Shown here one piece after another: positions 48,622-56,310 of a stretch of 64,000 nt of DNA. The notes under the pieces were generated by a model that saw nothing but the letters and a program-made list of their open reading frames with translations, did no database searches and was not told where the DNA came from. The stretch's first letter is position 1. Each line of letters opens with the position of its first letter. The stretch comes from a virus. The stretch is from IMG/VR virus record IMGVR_UViG_3300042898_000786, positions 1 through 64,000 of that record; one strand, written 5' to 3'. Both the position numbers and the translations under genes were made by a program.

Positions 48622-49524
48622 TTATGCCATATCAGCAAGCAGTTCGTAGACGCGTTGGTCGGTCTTCTGAAGCGAGCCTGCCATCTTAGAGGAGTCTCGG
48701 CTATCATTACGGCCGGCCTTGTGGCTAGTGTAGTGAGTCACACCCGAGAACAAGCCCCATAAGTTGTCACCTTTGTACGACATCTCACGAGTGATAGACG
48801 TTACTAGGTCACGTGCTTGGTTGAGTCGGCGAGTAGAGTACTCGTCATTAGCGACGCTCCTAGTCTTCAAGATATCGACACCGACAACAGCATCTACAAC
48901 TTTCTGAATCTGACGCTCGTTGGTACGCACGTCTACCATCTTGCGGAACATATCGTATAGGGTAGCATCAGCCTCCCTAATGCCCTTGATGGCACGTAGT
49001 GAGTCCTCAACGGCCTTTCGCATATTCGCGGTATGTCGTACGCTATCCTTTAGGCTACGTGATGCAGCGTTAAAAGTGTTAGAGCACGAGATGGTAACGC
49101 TAGAGGCGCCCCATCTTAGCGCAGTCGTTCCGTCGTGGCTGTTGATTGCCGTGGCGTAACGCTTTACAAGGTCACCACCTACTCTTTCATCCTCCATAGG
49201 GACTTGTAGGTATACCTTGCCACCTCCGTTGAATAAGCCTCCGCGTACTACGTCTACACCGAGTACTTGCCCTACCTCTTGGACGAGGTCGCTGAGTTCG
49301 TTGTTCTGAAATACTTCGTACTGCTGAGTGGCGGTGGTGAATACTTTCTCCGTGTCTTTGCGAACGATGCCGAAGAAACCCGACTCAGTACCCGACGGCA
49401 GGAGAAGAGGTTGCTTTTCTACATCCCAATTGAGGCCGAAGCGGTCAAGGATGTCAGCGGTGTTTTTAGCAGATACGAATGAGTTGTGTGTGTCAACGAG
49501 TTGACCGAATTGATTGATTTCCAT
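48622..49524 (-). CDS. DUF932-like protein
   Basis: GLNWDVEK, YEVFQN, GGKVYLQ, NSHDGT, CSNT, LWGLFSGVTHY. Confidence 0.85.
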   Translation of the reverse strand: MEINQFGQLVDTHNSFVSAKNTADILDRFGLNWDVEKQPLLLPSGTESGFFGIVRKDTEKVFTTATQQYEVFQNNELSDLVQEVGQVLGVDVVRGGLFNGGGKVYLQVPMEDERVGGDLVKRYATAINSHDGTTALRWGASSVTISCSNTFNAASRSLKDSVRHTANMRKAVEDSLRAIKGIREADATLYDMFRKMVDVRTNERQIQKVVDAVVGVDILKTRSVANDEYSTRRLNQARDLVTSITREMSYKGDNLWGLFSGVTHYTSHKAGRNDSRDSSKMAGSLQKTDQRVYELLADMA

Positions 49525-49546
49525 TTTATTTGAGTTTTTAAATTAA

Positions 49547-50074
49547 TTATTTTGATAGTCTTTCTTTAGCATTATTAAACATCTCCTCCATATTACGGAG
49601 AGACGCGGTGTCGGGAGTATTCTCCCAATCGCGAAGCATTATCTGCTTCACGTCTTCGAATGTGCAGTCTTTCTTCATCGTCATAACGAGTGTCTCTAGT
49701 TGTACTTGAAACTCGTCTAGGTTATTGAAGAAGAAGTACTCATAGAACTGAAGGCAAAAGTCGAAGTCTTTTCCGTTCTCGTAGTACGTATGCCCAGCAA
49801 AACACACACCTATCTCGTCATACTCAAGGCGTATGGAGACGGAGTGCTTACTTGATATCTCTTTGAGCATATCGTGTGGTGGTACCCAAGCACTAGGCCC
49901 GCTTACCATAAGGATGATGTCATCCCTCTCGATAGAATCTATCTTCCATCTAGGAGGCTCCGTCTCAAGACCCGTATCTCTACGTTCCTTGTGCGCTTTG
50001 AATATCTCAGAGACGGCATCTAGTTCTGAATCTTGGCCGTGTATGACTAAGAAGTTATTACATAGGTTTGGCAT
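49547..50074 (-). CDS. YubB/DUF1281-like ferredoxin-fold protein
   Basis: MPNLCNN...SAWVPP...YDEIGVCFAG. Confidence 0.65.
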   Translation of the reverse strand: MPNLCNNFLVIHGQDSELDAVSEIFKAHKERRDTGLETEPPRWKIDSIERDDIILMVSGPSAWVPPHDMLKEISSKHSVSIRLEYDEIGVCFAGHTYYENGKDFDFCLQFYEYFFFNNLDEFQVQLETLVMTMKKDCTFEDVKQIMLRDWENTPDTASLRNMEEMFNNAKERLSK

Positions 50075-50180
50075 TATCGATTTGTTTTTGCAGTTCTTTG
50101 ATTTTATCTTGAAGTTCTTTGTTGTAATCCTCAAGGGCTTTGATTCGATGCATTAAATACATTGTTTGTGAGTCTACCAT
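50058..50180 (-). CDS. small coiled-coil protein
   Basis: MVDSQT...RIKALEDYNKELQDKIKELQKQ. Confidence 0.5.
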   Translation of the reverse strand: MVDSQTMYLMHRIKALEDYNKELQDKIKELQKQIDNAKPM

Positions 50181-50204
50181 TTGTTTATTTGTTTTTAAAG
50201 TAAA

Positions 50205-50264
50205 GTGAAAATAAGGAGCCGTGCCTCCTTATCTCACCAAACAAAATATCGTTACACGGACGAT
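50205..50264 (-). ncRNA. two hairpins with complementary loops
   Basis: AUCGU-CCGUGUA-ACGAU and AUAAGGAG-GCACGG-CUCCUUAU. Confidence 0.5.
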
Positions 50265-50270
50265 TGTACA

Positions 50271-50840
50271 TTAGGACAATGCTGTTTTTAGTTGCTCTCG
50301 AGTCATATCTGCCTCGTCTGCTAGCCAATTTAGGAACGTGTCAACTTGATTGACACGCACTACGATATCAGTAGCGGTAGAGAACACGTTGCTAGTCTGA
50401 GCGAATATGAACCATACGGGTACGGGAGGAATCAGTTTGCCATCCGCGATGTTCTCGAAGAACTCGTTGAAGTCCCACTTCCACTTTACGTCATCCCACG
50501 AGCCTGTAGACCACCCATTGGCGATACACTCGTATCCATCAGCAAGTTCTACGTTTACATACCCACGCCAAGCGCTAGTAGACTTCCACTCTGCACTCTT
50601 GATGCATTGCGGTGGGCCGTCAACTTCCTCGCAGTCTTCATAGTCTCGGGTCTTGTCTAGGCTATAAGCGTAGTCGGTTCTGACTAACTGCTCATCAAGA
50701 TTGTACTCGTACACCTTAACGGATGACTCCCAATGAGAGTAGTAGCAGTCCTCGCATAGCACGTTGTCTTCCTTGTCATAGTTGGAATAGTCGTTCTCTG
50801 AAATCTCGTAGTCGCAGTTACTGCATTTATTGGTTTCCAT
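50271..50840 (-). CDS. early protein with N-terminal CxxC..CxxC
   Basis: CSNC...CEDC; SAWRGY; TSNVFS. Confidence 0.65.
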   Translation of the reverse strand: METNKCSNCDYEISENDYSNYDKEDNVLCEDCYYSHWESSVKVYEYNLDEQLVRTDYAYSLDKTRDYEDCEEVDGPPQCIKSAEWKSTSAWRGYVNVELADGYECIANGWSTGSWDDVKWKWDFNEFFENIADGKLIPPVPVWFIFAQTSNVFSTATDIVVRVNQVDTFLNWLADEADMTREQLKTALS

Positions 50841-51324
50841 CTTCTGATTCTTTTATGGTGATAAACGCAGACTTGAGGTCTTCGCCTAGATTAATTATTT
50901 GACGTTCTATGATTGTGAAATCAATAAGTTTGTTTAGCGTTGAGTCATCATTCGCCTCCTTAAACTTTACTGCACTCCGCAAAAAGACAGCATAAGATGC
51001 TAGCAAAGAGCGCATACTTGTATCTTCGATGCTATCTGCAAATTTAGCAAGCATTTGAGGCTTTGAGTCTTTCTTCGGCTTTCTACCTCGGATATGCTTT
51101 AGGTCGTGGTCGGCCACATACCAACCGCATCCTTCTCTTATAGTAATACCCTCGTTGTTACCTTTGTGCCCATTCACATCCTCGTCAAACTCAATGAGAA
51201 ACGATGTCTCTGATTCGGCAAAGACTATCGTTGCTTGTTTGCCGATTGCCTCGGGCGCACTTGGTGCGCTTGTCGCACTTCTAGGATTATAGACCACGCG
51301 GTCTCCAGTTTTAAATGTTTTCAT
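50827..51324 (-). CDS. early protein with SH3/KOW-like N-terminus
   Basis: MKTFKTGDRV...IEFDE...GH..G..GWYV; leader ACAAATAGAAATT. Confidence 0.6.
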   Translation of the reverse strand: MKTFKTGDRVVYNPRSATSAPSAPEAIGKQATIVFAESETSFLIEFDEDVNGHKGNNEGITIREGCGWYVADHDLKHIRGRKPKKDSKPQMLAKFADSIEDTSMRSLLASYAVFLRSAVKFKEANDDSTLNKLIDFTIIERQIINLGEDLKSAFITIKESEDGNQ

Positions 51325-51337
51325 AATTTCTATTTGT

Positions 51338-51562
51338 TTATAATTGGTGTTCGGTAATGTATAGTCGGATGGTTTGGTAGTCATCTACCTCAACAAAGTA
51401 TTCGGACTCTTCATCGCAGTATACTTGTTTGATTTCGTGCCTTTCATTTATTGACTTCTTAGTTGAGTCAAAGAAGTACTGCGCTGCACTTTTTGCGCCA
51501 AAGGCTTCGTGGTCATTAAGGTCGAGGTCGGAATGAGTCTCGTGAAGGATGTAGAATTTCAT
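51338..51562 (-). CDS. early hypothetical protein
   Basis: ORF with A-rich leader. Confidence 0.6.
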   Translation of the reverse strand: MKFYILHETHSDLDLNDHEAFGAKSAAQYFFDSTKKSINERHEIKQVYCDEESEYFVEVDDYQTIRLYITEHQL

Positions 51563-51581
51563 AGTTGTTATTGTTTATTAG

Positions 51582-51998
51582 TTATTGAATCGTGAACCAA
51601 TCTTCGTCCATATTGAACTCATCGATTTGTGCTTGACTAACGAACGCTTCGCAGTACCACGAATCGCCTCCGTCACTATTGCTAGTTAGGTCTGCCGATA
51701 CGTTACTACCTAGCAAGGTTTCCCACTCACGGGTGAAGTCGTTAAGGTCTTCCTCAGTTCCGACAAAGTATGTCCACACTCGAAGTTCATTTGCTTCTTC
51801 GTGGCCTCCCTCCATCACTACTATATTGCCTAACTCTAGCACTTTCTTGAGTTCTTCCTCACTAGTAATTAGCGCCTCATTCAGTTCATCATTAAGTTCA
51901 AATAGTGGTACACTATTGGTTGCCCATAGAGCCAAGGCTAGGTCGGTTACGTTTACGAATGTGAATCCGTCTTCAGTTTTAATTATTCGATTTTCCAT
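51582..51998 (-). CDS. early acidic protein
   Basis: ORF with leader ACAAATAGAAACT. Confidence 0.65.
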   Translation of the reverse strand: MENRIIKTEDGFTFVNVTDLALALWATNSVPLFELNDELNEALITSEEELKKVLELGNIVVMEGGHEEANELRVWTYFVGTEEDLNDFTREWETLLGSNVSADLTSNSDGGDSWYCEAFVSQAQIDEFNMDEDWFTIQ

Positions 51999-52017
51999 AG
52001 TTTCTATTTGTTATTGA

Positions 52018-52227
52018 TTAAAGTTCTAAAACTGCTAGTGAAAGGTTGCCCTCTCGGTCAAACCATCCCTCCTTGATTAAGGCGGTGGCAGTTCGGCCAT
52101 AGTGGCCTTGAAGTTCCCAAGCCAAGCCACTACGGACTAGTTCGGCAAAGAGGCACACGACTTCTTGGTCGTTGAGTGCGCCTTGTTCGTATGCGATGAT
52201 GTTCGCGATTTGTGATGTGTTGTTCAT
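52018..52227 (-). CDS. conserved early phage protein
   Basis: IIAYEQG...LF.ELV.SGLAW.LQGHYGRTA. Confidence 0.75.
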   Translation of the reverse strand: MNNTSQIANIIAYEQGALNDQEVVCLFAELVRSGLAWELQGHYGRTATALIKEGWFDREGNLSLAVLEL

Positions 52228-52242
52228 ACTGATTATCTATTT

Positions 52243-52294
52243 GGTTAAGATGCCTCACGGCATTTCGGCTAATGTCAAGCCTCTTCAGTTAACC
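52243..52294 (-). ncRNA. type I hammerhead ribozyme (AUC site)
   Basis: GGUUAA CUGAAGA GGCU-UGACAUU-AGCC GAAA UGCC-GUGA-GGCA UC^ UUAACC. Confidence 0.9.
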
Positions 52295-52471
52295 TTTGTT
52301 TTGCTCCACAAACTTTTCTAAAATGTCGAGAAGTTCGTCACCACATTTGTCTAACCTATCTTGAAGTTCGGGCGAAAGGTCGCTTGACTCAAGGTTGAAT
52401 TCCTCGCACACTGAGTCGAACAGCAAATCAATTTGAGAGGTAAGGATTCCGTAGATATTTTCGTTTTTCAT
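52289..52471 (-). CDS. small acidic protein flanked by hammerheads
   Basis: 60 aa; stop TAA lies in stem I of the downstream ribozyme. Confidence 0.7.
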   Translation of the reverse strand: MKNENIYGILTSQIDLLFDSVCEEFNLESSDLSPELQDRLDKCGDELLDILEKFVEQNKG

Positions 52472-52486
52472 AATTTCTATTTGTTT

Positions 52487-52537
52487 GGTTAAGACCTACC
52501 GAAGTAGGTTTCGGGCATTAGCCCTCATCAGTTAACC
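52487..52537 (-). ncRNA. type I hammerhead ribozyme (GUC site)
   Basis: GGUUAA CUGAUGA GGGC-UAAU-GCCC GAAA CCUAC-UUCG-GUAGG UC^ UUAACC. Confidence 0.92.
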
Positions 52538-52716
52538 TGCCACTCAGTAAGCGTAGTCCAACCGAATGCCGTCACGATACCGCGCCTCTGAAGTTGTTCT
52601 AGAACTTTGTACTCTTTAGTGGTATCTGCACCCAAGACAGACTCTACGCTATAAAAGGGTATGTCGGTTGCGATGCCGTCAACATACTCGCGGAAAAAGA
52701 AATTGTAAGTGTTCAT
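52528..52716 (-). CDS. early hypothetical protein
   Basis: Stop TGA is the UGA of the ribozyme CUGA core. Confidence 0.6.
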   Translation of the reverse strand: MNTYNFFFREYVDGIATDIPFYSVESVLGADTTKEYKVLEQLQRRGIVTAFGWTTLTEWQVN

Positions 52717-52745
52717 ATTGTTTGGATTTAGTTATTGAATTGTGT

Positions 52746-53102
52746 TTAGTTTTGGTCTCTATGGATTACGTTCACCAACTGAATGGCGGCATTGTCACCG
52801 ATAAATTCACGGGCAGTGAGGTATGCCTCTGTGCGGCTCACTCGCAGTCCTCCTAAGAGGAAGTCGAATAGTGTGCCGTTCGTACTTTCTACGCTACGTA
52901 CAAATACCGACTGATTGGTCAGTAATTTCATTAGCGACTTCACTAATTCAGCCTTGGTGTCGAACGCTTTTCGGGCGCTCCCTTGGCGAAGATTACCGAC
53001 TTGTAGGAGTTTAGTGGTCTCTGCCTTGTCGGTGTAACGAATCAAGAATTCTACTTCGCGAGTTGTCTTTTTGCTTTGTAGTCTAACTTTGAACTCTCCC
53101 AT
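52746..53102 (-). CDS. first early protein
   Basis: Start refined to MGEFKV after A-rich leader. Confidence 0.6.
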   Translation of the reverse strand: MGEFKVRLQSKKTTREVEFLIRYTDKAETTKLLQVGNLRQGSARKAFDTKAELVKSLMKLLTNQSVFVRSVESTNGTLFDFLLGGLRVSRTEAYLTAREFIGDNAAIQLVNVIHRDQN

Positions 53103-53136
53103 TTTGATTTGATTTTTGAATTGATAAAAGAAAATT

Positions 53137-53186
53137 TGAGAGGGCGTTTGGTCTCGAACCAACGGCAACTAAATTGCTACGCCCCC
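53137..53186 (-). ncRNA. anticodon-less tRNA-like element
   Basis: GGGGGCG UA GCAA-UUUAG-UUGC C GUUGG-UUCGAGA-CCAAA CGCCCUC UCA. Confidence 0.65.
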
Positions 53187-53189
53187 AAT

Positions 53190-53590
53190 TGAACATCAAC
53201 TTAGGGGTACCTTATCGTGTCGTTATGTGCAGTGATGCCGTGGTTCCACCGCAACGAGGTTGTCAGTCCTAAGAAGCACTAAGGAGCAGATGAGCATCGT
53301 TGTATCCGTGTAGCATATGTTCTAAGAACTCATACGACCAAGGTCGCTCCGCTACACATCAACAAACCCGAACTCCATCACCACTCAGTAGCCGTACGTA
53401 CATCAAAGTGCCGTGCGGTCATCTACCTAGTCGTGCGGAACTCCGCTCGCTTAGTGGTCACTATGGTTATGGGTTCAAGCCCCAAGGCACGCTTTTCGCT
53501 TACCATCTTCCTCGGCCCGCCTTACGGCTTCGTCCTCGAGGTGACCTCAACTCGTTTCCCTATTTGGGCGCAGTCGGTCGGTGACACTGC
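53190..53590 (-). ncRNA. putative large structured leader RNA
   Basis: GC-richer than flanks, many nested hairpins, no credible ORF, directly downstream of promoter. Confidence 0.55.
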
Positions 53591-53622
53591 AATACTACAA
53601 CAATCTAGATACGTTTGTCAAG
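53590..53622 (-). promoter_or_regulatory. early promoter
   Basis: TTGACA ... TAGTATTG on minus strand. Confidence 0.55.
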
Positions 53623-54545
53623 TGTTGTTCAAAAAATAATTGTAAGTTGCTGAGAATCAGCGAGAAAAATTTCCACTCTGAATTATAATGTGTCTCTTAC
53701 GCGTGTCATATTAATATACTAGCACCTGAGAACATAAGCCTAGCCTAGCAAGCACGTGCCGCTCTAGTATGCATTGAGCGTAGTGGGGGGAAGTGGGTTG
53801 AAGTGGGAGTAAGTGAGAGTGCTTAGGGGTAAGGTGTGGGGATTGTTGGAGGGTTCTGAGGTACTCGAACCATAACCCAAAACTAGTTGGCGGTAGGGTA
53901 GGAGCGGAGCCTACAACGGAGCCAATTAACATAATATATATTATAGGATGCTTTTGGACACCGATTGCAACTCCGATACTAGAGCGAGGTAGGTCAAGGA
54001 TAGTAGCACGTCCTAGTATGGCTACCAAAAGGCTAAAACATTGCAAGTGAATCATTTAACACGGAGGGGCATACGTTCAGCATTCCGTTTCGGTTCTTGG
54101 CTTGTAACGCTATTATAGTACGATAATCCCCACGGTACGTATAACTCAAACCAGAAATGCGATAACCGCATCCCGGAAGATTGCGTAATTCTGTTCAACA
54201 CATATGCTTGTCCTTTGCAATGTGAACAGATTCTTATGTTATTTCTCGGAAGCGCATAGTTGCGCCTTTGCAAACGTAGTAAAAGTTAGAGCCTTGTTTG
54301 CAGTATCCGAATCAAGCTTTGGCCGGCTCCTTTTGCGCGGGGCGGTTTGGCCGCCCGCTTTTTCCGCCGTCTTAAGCGTTCTATTCGTTTTCGGTATTAG
54401 AAGCTTGCAGTCTATTAAGAGGAAGCTCTGCTTTAGCGAAGTTATAGTTAAAAATCGACATTAGCAAGTTTTTTACACACACTTATAATAGTCGTTATCA
54501 ATTAGTTGACTAATAACCTACTAATTTAGTATGTGTTTATTCTGC

Positions 54546-55067
54546 CTAAAGTGAGTCCTGGGACTGCAAGAACATACGAAAATGGGTTTTCTCGTCCACC
54601 ATAATGGGTATCCTTCCGTGTATCTTATCTAGGTATCTCTTCACCACTCTTCTTCCTGCTATGCTGATGTTGAATCTAGCTGTTTGTTTATTGTTGCGTG
54701 CTGAGATGATTGGAAGGTCGTAGTCCTGAGCTGGGGAGTACTGCTTTAGGTGACCGCCATCTACCATAGGCTGTACTACCATATCCATAAAGTTGTCGAA
54801 CCGTCCTGTATAACCGAACGCACACATAGTATAGCGTATCGAGAATATCTCCAGGTCGTATACGAAGAACAGGAACATAAGCTGTCTCTGGTCTATGTTA
54901 TAGCTATTCTTGGCGTCTGTGAACACGTGGTTCAACAGCTTCAGTATATTATACTGGTCGTGGACAAGGTCCTTTCGCTCTCTGTGCTCGTCGATTCGTT
55001 TTGCTTGAAGCTCTGCCATACGGCGTAGTTTCTCACTACGAGAGGGTTTCTTTCTGTAGCTCGGCAT
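54546..55067 (-). CDS. putative winged-helix regulator
   Basis: LFFVYDL...MVDGGHL...FNISIAGRRVV pattern; divergent from endolysin. Confidence 0.5.
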   Translation of the reverse strand: MPSYRKKPSRSEKLRRMAELQAKRIDEHRERKDLVHDQYNILKLLNHVFTDAKNSYNIDQRQLMFLFFVYDLEIFSIRYTMCAFGYTGRFDNFMDMVVQPMVDGGHLKQYSPAQDYDLPIISARNNKQTARFNISIAGRRVVKRYLDKIHGRIPIMVDEKTHFRMFLQSQDSL

Positions 55068-55113
55068 ATTGTATTGAATTATCTCGTAAAGATACTATGT
55101 TTATTTTTGCGGT

Positions 55114-55578
55114 ATGAAACTAAGTAACTATGTATCGCTGTCTGAGGTCACTAAGAGTGATACCGCCAGCCGCCGGGGTATCAGCAACGAACCCACACCA
55201 GAACACCTAGAGAACCTAAAGACAATCTGTACTGAGGTATTCGATAAGATACGTGAGCACTTCGGTGTTCCTATCTACATCTCTTCGGGCTACCGGTCTG
55301 CTGCCTTGAATAAGGCTATCGGGGGGAGCTCTACCTCGGACCATAATCTAGGAAGGGCTTTGGACCTGGACCAAGATTTTAGGTCTAACGGTATAACCAA
55401 TATGGATGTTTTTAAATTCATTAAGGACAACCTGGAATTTGACCAGCTTATCTATGAGTTTGGAAACAGCAAGAACCCCGACTGGGTTCACGTTGGATAT
55501 CGTAAGGGAGCGAACAGGAAGCAGATACTTATAGCCTATAAGGACGGCGCTAAGACAAAATACAAAGCATTTAAATAA
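55114..55578 (+). CDS. endolysin, peptidase M15 family
   Basis: ISSGYRS..LN.AIGG...SDH..G.ALD, FDQLIYE, WVHV. Confidence 0.85.
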   Translation: MKLSNYVSLSEVTKSDTASRRGISNEPTPEHLENLKTICTEVFDKIREHFGVPIYISSGYRSAALNKAIGGSSTSDHNLGRALDLDQDFRSNGITNMDVFKFIKDNLEFDQLIYEFGNSKNPDWVHVGYRKGANRKQILIAYKDGAKTKYKAFK

Positions 55579-55591
55579 TATCTTTGTAACT

Positions 55592-56284
55592 ATGAAAGCA
55601 AAGAAGAGCGTTTACCAATCAGGCGGCAAGATGCCTGTTGGAGCAAAGAAGAAGATGACCGATATGGAGATTGCCAAGGCAAACCGTATGCAGATGCTCA
55701 CCGAGGAGCGCAACACTATTCGTAAGTATGACCCAGACGCTCTAGCTGCCTTTGACCGCGACCTCAAAGCTAAAGGCTATATGGTAAACAAGAAGCCCGC
55801 CAAGAAGATGTCCGAAGGAGGCAAGATGGATACGTATGGTATGGGTGGTAAGATGAAGAAGTATCTTGCTGGTGGCCAAGTGAAGCTTGACAAGAACAAG
55901 GACGGAAAGATTTCCGGAGAGGACTTCAAGATGATGAAGAAGTACCAGATGGGCGGTAAGATGCCCGTTGAAAAAAAAGATAGTTTCGTAGGTAAAGGTC
56001 TATACCCAAAAGACCCAACAGCTAAAGGCGGACCAACTGAACTTGAAATCCTTGAGCAACTCACTTGGGATAAGTCTGTGGAGGCTCTAAAGCGCCGTGG
56101 TGTATCTATGGTAGACCAAGCTCCAGCCTCTAAGAAGATTCTTGGACAAGGAAACAGAAACATCCTTGATAACAACTACGAACTGGCTCTTAAGAAAGCT
56201 AAGGAGTACGGCGTATACGACGAAGCCCGTCAAGAAGCTGTTAGACAGTACCGAGAAGAAGGAAAGAAAAAAGCCGGAAAATAA
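55592..56284 (+). CDS. basic protein with xxxGGK repeats and EF-hand-like motif
   Basis: YQSGGKM, MSEGGKM, YGMGGKM, YLAGG, YQMGGKM; LDKNKDGKISGEDF. Confidence 0.7.
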   Translation: MKAKKSVYQSGGKMPVGAKKKMTDMEIAKANRMQMLTEERNTIRKYDPDALAAFDRDLKAKGYMVNKKPAKKMSEGGKMDTYGMGGKMKKYLAGGQVKLDKNKDGKISGEDFKMMKKYQMGGKMPVEKKDSFVGKGLYPKDPTAKGGPTELEILEQLTWDKSVEALKRRGVSMVDQAPASKKILGQGNRNILDNNYELALKKAKEYGVYDEARQEAVRQYREEGKKKAGK

Positions 56285-56310
56285 AAGAGGGGGCATCGCC
56301 CCCTTTTTTT
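56283..56310. terminator. bidirectional terminator
   Basis: AAAAGA-GGGGGC-ATC-GCCCCC-TTTTTTT between convergent genes. Confidence 0.8.

Noticed and set aside
53137-53186. Canonical tRNA gene
   Set aside because: Only about 50 nt with no anticodon arm; reported as tRNA-like instead
53300-54464. ORF-track calls in the control region
   Set aside because: Atypical composition, no A-rich leaders, overlap with structured RNA and G-tracts
55968-55985. A8 slippery run in ORF 55592 with an immediate -1 stop
   Set aside because: No evident stimulatory structure; expected by chance in a Lys-rich gene
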